Assembly (NCBI RefSeq): GCF_000022265.1 | Contig: NC_011979.1 | Location: forward strand, 450,001-482,000 | DNA: 32,000 bases | Direction of reading: 5' to 3' | DNA from: Geotalea daltonii FRC-32 | GTDB taxonomy: Bacteria; Desulfobacterota; Desulfuromonadia; Geobacterales; Geobacteraceae | In this document: piece by piece, positions 9,882 to 17,009 of the stretch | Layout: each line of letters opens with the position of its first letter | How positions within the stretch are numbered: the stretch's first letter is position 1 | Program-made: the position numbers and the translations under genes | Notes under the pieces: generated by a model | Seen by the model: the letters and a program-made list of their open reading frames with translations, nothing else | Databases searched by the model: none | What the model was told of the DNA's origin: nothing

Positions 9882-10007
9882 GTCAAGTTTGAAGATCGTG
9901 CGGTAACAGCCACCCTGCCTTGGAAATCCATAACAAAAATCTCCTTGCCCCGCGTGGGCAAAAGGTGTATCTCTGCAAGCTTCCAATTTTTTCCGAGGAG
10001 GTTATCG

Positions 10008-11183
10008 ATGGGTATTTTGTCCAACACCGTCAGCATTTGTCAATTCCGGGTCGCCGGGGATTTTCCCGCTGGCGACCTTTTTCAATGGGCCTCCCAGCGC
10101 CTGGCCGGGAACGGCTTCAAGTCCATAGATCAGGGTACTGCCGAGCTTTCCGTTGGTTGGGTACATCTGGACGATCACCGGCAGAGCGATTTTGCCGCAC
10201 CCGGCGCCTTCTGGCGCGACCACTACCTGGTCTTCACCCTGCGTCGCGATCAGCGTCGCCTTCCGGCTGCCCTGGTCAAGGCTTACCAGCAGGTAGCCGA
10301 GCATGAGTATTTGGCCGAAAATCCGGGACTGTCGCGGGTGCCGAAGCAGAAAAAGGAGGACATGAAGGAAGCGGTTCGAAGCATGCTGCTGGCCAAGACA
10401 CTGCCGGTTCCTTCAACCTGGGATGCCGTCTGGGATACCAGGACCGGTCTCGTCACCTTTGCGTCCCTGTCACCGGCGATAATCGAGCTCTTCGAGGGGC
10501 AGTTCAAGAAGACGTTTGAGGGACTGCGGCTGGTGGCGGTGCATCCCTATGCACGGGCGGAGCAGGTCGTGACGGAGGCGCTCAAGCCGGCGCTTGCGCA
10601 GGCAAATCAGGCGGGGAGCGATGCGGCCCTCGATCTCATCAGGAGTAACCAGTGGCTTGGCTGGGATTTTTTTCTATGGGTAATGTTCCGTACCATGCAT
10701 GACACTTCCGAGTACCGGATCACATGCGGGGGGCATGGGGAAATGAACGAGCCTTTTGCGGCCTATGTCAACGACCGCCTGGTCCTGCTCAGCAGTGGCG
10801 AAAACGGGCAGCAGAAGATCACTGTTGCCGGACCGCAGGATCATTTCAGCGAAGTGCGCACTGCTTTGCAGAATGGCAAGCGGATCACCGAAGCGACCCT
10901 CTACCTGGAAAAGGAAGAGCACACCTGGCGGGTGACACTGAAGGGGGAGCTGTTCCACTTTGCTTCGCTGAAAGCCCCGGCGGTAAGGCTGGAAAAGGAT
11001 GACAGCGTTGATGAGCACAGCGAAAAGGAAGCGGTATTTTTCGAGAGGATGTTCGTGCTGGAGCAGGGGTTACAGCTGTTCGACAGCCTCTACTCCATTT
11101 TCCTCGAGCTGCGCCTGGGTAGCGGCTGGGAGGAGGAATCCACACGGATCGGCAAGTGGCTTGCCGAATCCGATGCCCTCTGA
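10008..11183 (+). CDS. rdgC: RdgC-like recombination-associated protein
   Basis: 391 aa from ATG 10008 (GAGGAGG RBS). From memory it is collinear with E. coli RdgC over the whole length. Examples (this protein vs E. coli RdgC): VGWVHL vs MGWVPP; RRDQRRLPAALVKAY vs RKEEKILPSPVIKQA; KQKKEDMKEAVRSMLL vs KTEKDSLKDEVLHSLL; WDTRTGLVTF vs IDTVNGLIMV. It is about 90 aa longer than the E. coli protein. Confidence 0.65.
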   Translation: MGILSNTVSICQFRVAGDFPAGDLFQWASQRLAGNGFKSIDQGTAELSVGWVHLDDHRQSDFAAPGAFWRDHYLVFTLRRDQRRLPAALVKAYQQVAEHEYLAENPGLSRVPKQKKEDMKEAVRSMLLAKTLPVPSTWDAVWDTRTGLVTFASLSPAIIELFEGQFKKTFEGLRLVAVHPYARAEQVVTEALKPALAQANQAGSDAALDLIRSNQWLGWDFFLWVMFRTMHDTSEYRITCGGHGEMNEPFAAYVNDRLVLLSSGENGQQKITVAGPQDHFSEVRTALQNGKRITEATLYLEKEEHTWRVTLKGELFHFASLKAPAVRLEKDDSVDEHSEKEAVFFERMFVLEQGLQLFDSLYSIFLELRLGSGWEEESTRIGKWLAESDAL

Positions 11184-11195
11184 ACCGTCACAGTC

Positions 11196-11396
11196 TTAAC
11201 AGATATCAAATTCAGTGGCGGCCATGATGTCTGCCGGTATGTAGATGGTTGCCAAGGTGTCACCATTGACGATCTTGACGATGCTGAAGCATTCTTCGGC
11301 ATAGTCATGTCTTGAAATTTTGAGCCAGTTTTCTCCATTCAGGCCATATCCGTACTCTCTGAGTTTTCTGATCTGGGTGTTTGGCAAGTGTCTCAT
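11196..11396 (-). CDS. Hypothetical small protein (66 aa), no recognisable family
   Basis: ORF with ATG 11396 and AGGAG 11 nt upstream (11408-11412). A+T-richer than its surroundings. Convergent with rdgC, stops 12 nt apart. No motif recognised. Confidence 0.3.
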   Translation of the reverse strand: MRHLPNTQIRKLREYGYGLNGENWLKISRHDYAEECFSIVKIVNGDTLATIYIPADIMAATEFDIC

Positions 11397-11539
11397 CTGA
11401 TCGCGGTCTCCTGATTGTAGATGGCACAAAGCCGCCGATTTTCCGGCGATTTTGCGGTGTCTAACTATTATCGACCTATGATGCAGATACTTTAATTATT
11501 TTTTCGTGTTTAATGGGGGGGCAGGAAAAACAGGCAGAG

Positions 11540-11583
11540 AAAAAAAGGCGGGGCTGAAAGCGGTATGAATCGCTTACGGCCCC
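11540..11583 (-). terminator. Intrinsic terminator of lspA, overlapping its stop codon
   Basis: Minus strand reads GGGGC-cgtAAGCGattcataCCGCTTtca-GCCCC-gcc-TTTTTTT. Arms are at 11579-11583 and 11550-11554; the T-run is the plus-strand A-run 11540-11546. Confidence 0.6.
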
Positions 11584-12065
11584 TGTTTTTTTTGTCGTCT
11601 TTCTTCCAGGTACATGTCGACTGCCAGAAGAAATACTCCGACGCAGATGGCCGAGTCGGCCACGTTGAAGGCGGGCCAGTGGTGGCGGTACCAGTGGACG
11701 TCGAGGAAGTCGATTACCTCTCCCAGCCTGACCCGGTCGATCAGGTTGCCCAGTGCTCCGGCAAAAATCAGTGCCAGCGACACGACAGCGAATTTCTGGT
11801 CCTGACGCAGCCGGTAGACGACGCTGAGAATGACCAGAATGGCCACTACCGAGACAAGGATGAAAAAGGGGATGCGGTAGCTGAAGTTTGAGAGAAAGCT
11901 GAAGGCAGCTCCTTTGTTGCGCATGTAGGTGATGTTGAAAAAGTTTTCGATAACGGTGATGGAACTGTGAAGGTCCATCACCCTGTCGATATAGAGCTTG
12001 GTCAACTGATCGATGATGATCACCAGCACCGCAATGGCTGAGAAAACGATGTACTTGAAGCTCAT
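11574..12065 (-). CDS. lspA: Lipoprotein signal peptidase (signal peptidase II)
   Basis: 163 aa from ATG 12065. Has IDQLTK, NKGAAFS, GNLIDR and FNVADSAI motifs and four hydrophobic segments. The upstream ORF-track extension overlaps the ileS end and is not used. Confidence 0.9.
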   Translation of the reverse strand: MSFKYIVFSAIAVLVIIIDQLTKLYIDRVMDLHSSITVIENFFNITYMRNKGAAFSFLSNFSYRIPFFILVSVVAILVILSVVYRLRQDQKFAVVSLALIFAGALGNLIDRVRLGEVIDFLDVHWYRHHWPAFNVADSAICVGVFLLAVDMYLEERRQKKQGP

Positions 12066-12085
12066 GGTTACCTGACCTTTTGCTT

Positions 12086-14860
12086 TTATTTGACTGCTGA
12101 GAGGCACTTGGGACAGATGCCCGGGTGCTCGCTGTCCTTCCCGAGTTCTTCGTCGTAACACCAGCAACGCTCGCATTTTTCTCCCGGTGCGGCAGATACC
12201 TTGATCTGCAGATCGGCTATCCCCTCGGCAGAATAAAAATCCCCCCCGAGAGTGTCGACCAGTTCCGCCTTGGAAACGATGAAGATACTCTTAAGTTCGG
12301 CAGCGTAAGGCTCGATCAATGAGCGAAGCTGGGCCGGGGCACTAAGGGCAATGGCAGCATCCAGTGAATGACCGATTACCTTCTGCACCCGGGCCTGTTC
12401 CAGCGCCTTTGAGACCTCGGCCCGCACTTTGATGATGGTCTCCCATCTTTCAACCAAGGCATTATCCCTGTATTCAGGCTTCAGCTGGGGAAACTGGGAC
12501 AGATGGACGCTCTCTTCGGCAGGGGCGGGCATATAGCGCCATACCTCGTCGGTGGTGAAGGAAAGCACCGGGGCGGTCAGCTTGACCAGGGCATCGAGGA
12601 TCTGGTACATGGCGGTCTGGGCGCTGCGGCGCTCGACGGAGTCTTTTCTGCTGGTGTAGACGCGGTCCTTGAGGATGTCCAGGTAGAAGGCGCTCATCTC
12701 TACTGTGCAGAAGCTGTTCACAGCGTGATAGAGAACGTGAAACTCGCAGTTCTCGTAAGCCTTGAGCACCTTCTCCTTCAGAAGCTCAAGCTGGTGCAAT
12801 GCCCAGCGATCTATCTCGGGCATGTCGCCGTAGTCCACGCTGTCCCGTTTCGGATCGAAATCGGCAATATTGCCGAGGATGTAGCGGCAGGTGTTGCGGA
12901 TGCGGCGATAGGCCTCGGAGAGGCGAGTAAGGATCTCCTGGGAGATGCGCAGGTCGTCCCGGTAATCCTGGGCGGCGACCCACAGCCTGAGCACTTCGGC
13001 GCCATATTTCTTGATCACGTCTTCGGGCGCGACCACATTGCCTACGGACTTGCTCATCTTGCGGCCGCTGCCGTCGACGACGAAGCCATGGGTGAGAACT
13101 GCTTTATAGGGGGCAACGCCGCGGGTGCCGACACTGGCCAGGAGCGAGGAGTGGAACCAGCCGCGATGTTGATCGCTTCCCTCCAGGTACATGTCGGCCG
13201 GGGATGACAGATTGTCGCGGTGTTCGAGCACGGCGGCATGGGAGACGCCCGAATCGAACCAGACGTCGAGAATATCCATTTCCTTGTCAAATTCGGTTTT
13301 GCCACAGGCGGGGCAGGTGGTGCCGGTGGGGAGCAATTCTTTCGCCTCCCGCTCATACCAGATGTCGGAGCTTTCCTTCTCGAAGAGGTCGGCCACGTGG
13401 TGCATGATTTTACCGTCGGCCAGGGCTTCGCCGCAGGCCTTGCAGTAAAAGACGGTGATCGGCACTCCCCAGTTACGCTGGCGGGAGACACACCAGTCGG
13501 GGCGGTTTTCGATCATGCCAAAGATCCGTTCCTTGCCCCATTTGGGAATCCAGCTGACGGTGTTGATCTCGGTCAGGGCCTTCCGGCGCAGGTCGTTGCT
13601 TTCCATGGAGATGAACCACTGCTCGGTGGCGCGGAAGATGATCGGTTTCTTACAGCGCCAGCAGTGGGGATAGGAGTGGCTGATTTCACCTTTGCCCACC
13701 AGCGCCCCCACTTCCTCCAGCTTGGCGATGACGTTGGGGTTGGCATCGAATACATACTGGCCACCGAAAAATGGAATCGTCTCCAGAAAGCGCCCCCGGT
13801 TGTCCACCGGGTTGTAGATGTCCAGGCCGAACTTCAGCCCCAGCTCATAGTCCTCCTGGCCGTGGCCGGGAGCGGTGTGGACGCAGCCGGTGCCTGCTTC
13901 CAGGGTGACATGGTCGCCAAGAAGAATGATGGAGTCCCGGTCGTAGAAGGGGTGGCGACAGAGTTTCTTTTCCAGAGCCGCGGCTTTGAAGGTGGCGATG
14001 ACTACGCCGTTGACGCCGGTGGCCTTGAAGAAGGCCTCCTTGAGACCCTCGGCAACGATCAGCACTTCAGCTCCGGTATCCACGGCAACGTAATCGAATT
14101 CGGGATGCATGGCGATGGCCAGGTTGGCGGGGATGGTCCAGGGAGTGGTGGTCCAGATAACAGGGGAGACTTTCTTTCCGGAAAGGGCAGGCAGTTCTTT
14201 GGAGATATCGTCTTTTAGCTGGAACTTGACGAAGACGGACGGCGATTTATGGTCGGCATATTCAACCTCGGCTTCGGCCAGGGCTGTGCCGCAGGATGAA
14301 CACCAGTGAACCGGCTTTTTACCCTTGTATAGGCCGCCGTTTTCGGCAAATCTGGCCAGCTCATGGGCGGTGATCCCTTCATAGCTGTAGTTCATGGTCA
14401 GGTAAGGATTATCCCACTCACCCAGGACTCCCAGCCGTTCGAATTCCTGCTTCTGGATATCGACGAACTTCTTTGCATATTCCCGGCACTGCTTGCGCAT
14501 CTCCAGCTTGGTGATCTCATGCTTTTTCGAGCCGAGATTTTTCTCCACCTGCAGTTCGATGGGGAGGCCATGGCAGTCCCAGCCGGGGATGTATGGGGCG
14601 TCGAAGCCGCTCATCCGCTTGCTTTTTAGAACAATGTCCTTAAGGATTTTATTTAAAGCATGGCCGATATGGATGTGCCCGTTGGCGTATGGAGGACCGT
14701 CGTGGAGGATATATTTGGGTTTGCCCTTGCCTGTATCTTCCATCTTTTTGTAAAGCCGGTTTTTCTCCCATGTTTCGAGCATTTCCGGCTCCCTCTGGGC
14801 CAGGTTGGCCTTCATGGGGAAGTCGGTGACGGGCAGATTGAGGGTATCTTTGTAGTCCAT
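12086..14860 (-). CDS. ileS: Isoleucine--tRNA ligase
   Basis: 924 aa. HIGH motif PYANGHIHIGHALNK, KMSKS motif RKMSKSVGN, C-terminal zinc knuckle CERCW...CPKC. GGAGGAG RBS. Confidence 0.97.
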   Translation of the reverse strand: MDYKDTLNLPVTDFPMKANLAQREPEMLETWEKNRLYKKMEDTGKGKPKYILHDGPPYANGHIHIGHALNKILKDIVLKSKRMSGFDAPYIPGWDCHGLPIELQVEKNLGSKKHEITKLEMRKQCREYAKKFVDIQKQEFERLGVLGEWDNPYLTMNYSYEGITAHELARFAENGGLYKGKKPVHWCSSCGTALAEAEVEYADHKSPSVFVKFQLKDDISKELPALSGKKVSPVIWTTTPWTIPANLAIAMHPEFDYVAVDTGAEVLIVAEGLKEAFFKATGVNGVVIATFKAAALEKKLCRHPFYDRDSIILLGDHVTLEAGTGCVHTAPGHGQEDYELGLKFGLDIYNPVDNRGRFLETIPFFGGQYVFDANPNVIAKLEEVGALVGKGEISHSYPHCWRCKKPIIFRATEQWFISMESNDLRRKALTEINTVSWIPKWGKERIFGMIENRPDWCVSRQRNWGVPITVFYCKACGEALADGKIMHHVADLFEKESSDIWYEREAKELLPTGTTCPACGKTEFDKEMDILDVWFDSGVSHAAVLEHRDNLSSPADMYLEGSDQHRGWFHSSLLASVGTRGVAPYKAVLTHGFVVDGSGRKMSKSVGNVVAPEDVIKKYGAEVLRLWVAAQDYRDDLRISQEILTRLSEAYRRIRNTCRYILGNIADFDPKRDSVDYGDMPEIDRWALHQLELLKEKVLKAYENCEFHVLYHAVNSFCTVEMSAFYLDILKDRVYTSRKDSVERRSAQTAMYQILDALVKLTAPVLSFTTDEVWRYMPAPAEESVHLSQFPQLKPEYRDNALVERWETIIKVRAEVSKALEQARVQKVIGHSLDAAIALSAPAQLRSLIEPYAAELKSIFIVSKAELVDTLGGDFYSAEGIADLQIKVSAAPGEKCERCWCYDEELGKDSEHPGICPKCLSAVK

Positions 14861-14907
14861 TTAAATCTCCTCCGGAATAGATCCGCTGACTCGCGGACAA
14901 GCGTCAT

Positions 14908-14936
14908 AAAATACAAGGAACATATTGAAATGTCAA
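14908..14936 (-). promoter_or_regulatory. Probable sigma70 promoter of ileS-lspA
   Basis: Minus strand: TTGACA (14936-14931), 17-nt spacer, TATTTT (14913-14908), ~45 nt upstream of the ileS ATG. Confidence 0.5.
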
Positions 14937-14955
14937 GGGTAAAGGGGGAATTTAG

Positions 14956-14984
14956 TTGTATTCGACAGGGTGAAGTGGTATAAG
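14956..14984 (+). promoter_or_regulatory. Possible sigma70 promoter of kup
   Basis: TTGTAT (14956-14961), 17 nt, TATAAG (14979-14984). If real, it rules out the GTG 14970 start and supports ATG 15015. Confidence 0.45.
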
Positions 14985-15014
14985 TCTGGCAGTTTGCGGA
15001 AGGGATATTTTTTA

Positions 15015-16835
15015 ATGAGAGATGATCACAGCGAATCCTTCTGGGGTGGAATAGTCAAAGCCATGGGGCTCGTCTTCGGCGATGTCGGCACCAGCCCCAT
15101 TTATACCCTGACCGTTGTCTTTGCCTTGACCCCTGCTACCCGCAGCAACGTCTTCGGCATACTTTCACTGGTTTTCTGGACGATGACCATCCTTGTAACC
15201 GTTGAATACGCCTGGCTGGCCATGGGACTGGGAAGGAAGGGGCAGGGGGGGGAAATAGTCCTGCGGGAGATCATTCTCAAGCTGGTCAAATCAAGCCGGT
15301 TGGTGGCGTTTGCCGGATTCCTCTCTTTTCTTGGTGTTTCCCTGCTTCTGGGTGACGGTGTCATTACCCCGGCCATCAGTATCCTGTCCGCCGTGGAAGG
15401 GCTTCTGCTCATCCCATCGTTCAGCGGGCTTTCCCAAAGCATACTTGTCGCCATTGCCGCGGCAATTGCCATCGGTCTGTTCCTGATCCAGCACAAGGGA
15501 ACAGACAAGGTAGCCGGGGCCTTCGGTCCGATCATGGTCGTCTGGTTCGGCTCCCTTGCTTTGTCCGGACTTATTTCCATCTCGGCAATGCCGGAGATCG
15601 TCTCGGCGGTCAGTCCTCACCATGCGTTCCTGTTTTTCCGCGAAAACGGCTTTTCAGGGTTTTTCGTCCTTTCGGAAGTCATCCTCTGCTCCACCGGTGG
15701 CGAGGCACTCTATGCCGACATGGGGCATCTTGGGCGCCGGCCCATTGTCCGCGCCTGGTATTTTGTCTTTGTCGCCCTTTTCCTCAACTATCTGGGGCAG
15801 GGGGTATTCGCCCTGCACCATCCCGGGGCCAAAAACCTCCTCTTTTCCATGGTACAGGACCAGGCGCCGATACTCTACGTCCCGTTCCTGCTCCTGACGA
15901 TCATGGCAACCATCATTGCTTCCCAGGCGATTATCAGCGGCGTCTTCTCCATTGTCTACCAGGGGATAACCACGCGTCTCATGCCGCTGATGAAGGTCGA
16001 TTACACCTCCAGCCATCTTAAATCCCAGATTTATATCGGGGCAGTCAATTGGGGGCTGATGGTGGCCGTCATCATCGTCATGATGGTCTTCAAGGCGTCC
16101 AGCAATCTGGCAGCCGCCTATGGCATGGCAGTAACCGGTTCAATGACCATCACCGGCATCATGATGATCATTGTTTTCTCCCATACACTCAAGAAGTGGA
16201 AGGTGCCCATTGCCGTTCTGGTGACCCTGCTCGATGTGATCTACCTTAGTTCGACCTTTTCCAAGATTCCACATGGCGCCTACTGGTCGATAATACTGGC
16301 CTCTGTTCCGTTCATCACCATCATGATCTGGACCAAGGGGCAGCGGGCGCTGTACCGGGCCTTGAAACCCCTCGATATCGATACCTTTCTCGTCTCATTC
16401 GAACAGATCTACGCCAAGGGGAAAAACATTCCCGGTACGGGCCTCTTCTTCACCAAGGACTGGCAGACCATCCCGCCGTATGTGGTGCACTGCATGATCC
16501 GCAGCAACATCATCTATGAGCGGAACGTGATGATCTCCATCGTCCGCACCGATGAACCCTTCGGTCTGGCCATCAACCACAAGACCGACATTACTGCAGG
16601 GTTTGAGGGATTCGAGGTCGTCCTCGGCTACATGGAGATTATCGATATCGAATCCATTCTCAAGGAGCACGGCATCAGGGAGAAGGTAATTTTCTACGGC
16701 ATTGAGGACATTGCCACGGCAAACCCGGTGTGGAGACTTTTTGCCCTGCTGAAAAAGCTGACACCCACCTTTGTCCAGTTCAACAAGCTGCCGGCAAGTC
16801 GGTTGCAAGGGGTGGTGACGAGAGTGGAGATGTAA
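15015..16835 (+). CDS. kup: KUP/HAK/KT-family potassium uptake protein
   Basis: GLVFGDVGTSPIYT signature near the N-terminus, ~12 hydrophobic segments, and a C-terminal cytoplasmic domain. Start could instead be 14970. Confidence 0.9.
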   Translation: MRDDHSESFWGGIVKAMGLVFGDVGTSPIYTLTVVFALTPATRSNVFGILSLVFWTMTILVTVEYAWLAMGLGRKGQGGEIVLREIILKLVKSSRLVAFAGFLSFLGVSLLLGDGVITPAISILSAVEGLLLIPSFSGLSQSILVAIAAAIAIGLFLIQHKGTDKVAGAFGPIMVVWFGSLALSGLISISAMPEIVSAVSPHHAFLFFRENGFSGFFVLSEVILCSTGGEALYADMGHLGRRPIVRAWYFVFVALFLNYLGQGVFALHHPGAKNLLFSMVQDQAPILYVPFLLLTIMATIIASQAIISGVFSIVYQGITTRLMPLMKVDYTSSHLKSQIYIGAVNWGLMVAVIIVMMVFKASSNLAAAYGMAVTGSMTITGIMMIIVFSHTLKKWKVPIAVLVTLLDVIYLSSTFSKIPHGAYWSIILASVPFITIMIWTKGQRALYRALKPLDIDTFLVSFEQIYAKGKNIPGTGLFFTKDWQTIPPYVVHCMIRSNIIYERNVMISIVRTDEPFGLAINHKTDITAGFEGFEVVLGYMEIIDIESILKEHGIREKVIFYGIEDIATANPVWRLFALLKKLTPTFVQFNKLPASRLQGVVTRVEM

Positions 16836-16836
16836 C

Positions 16837-16987
16837 CGTTTGCGCTGAAAAATACCCATCTGCGGCGTTGCTCTCGTCCTTCATCGCTCGACGTACTGGT
16901 GTACGCCTCCCTCTTCAGTCTTTCGAGCGCCTTGCACCTGGGCATTTTTGAGCGCAAACGTGGTGGATCCGCTGAAAAATACCCATC
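16837..16987. repeat. Triple 17-19-nt repeat (two direct, one inverted) embedded in a ~125-nt imperfect palindrome
   Basis: GCTGAAAAATACCCATC occurs perfectly at 16844-16860 and 16971-16987. An inverted degenerate copy, CCTGGGCATTTTTGAGCGC, lies at 16937-16955. Flanking arms CGTTTGCGCT (16837-16846) / AGCGCAAACG (16951-16960) and inner arms CGCTCGA / TCGAGCG pair. Confidence 0.65.
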
Positions 16988-17009
16988 CTGCGCGGGCAAA
17001 GTTTCGGGA

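Noticed and set aside
9944-9962. Hairpin TTGCCC-cgcgt-GGGCAA after the antitoxin gene as a terminator, or TTGCCC-17-TATCTC as the rdgC promoter.
   Set aside because: The 6-bp stem has no following T-run, and both promoter hexamers are poor. There is not enough support to annotate either.
4079-16937. Shared 8-mer CCTTGCAC in the palindromic elements at 4079-4086 and 16930-16937, as evidence that the two elements belong to one repeat family.
   Set aside because: One chance occurrence of a given 8-mer is expected in 32 kb read on both strands, and the flanking similarity is weak. Genome-wide copy counting is needed before claiming a family.
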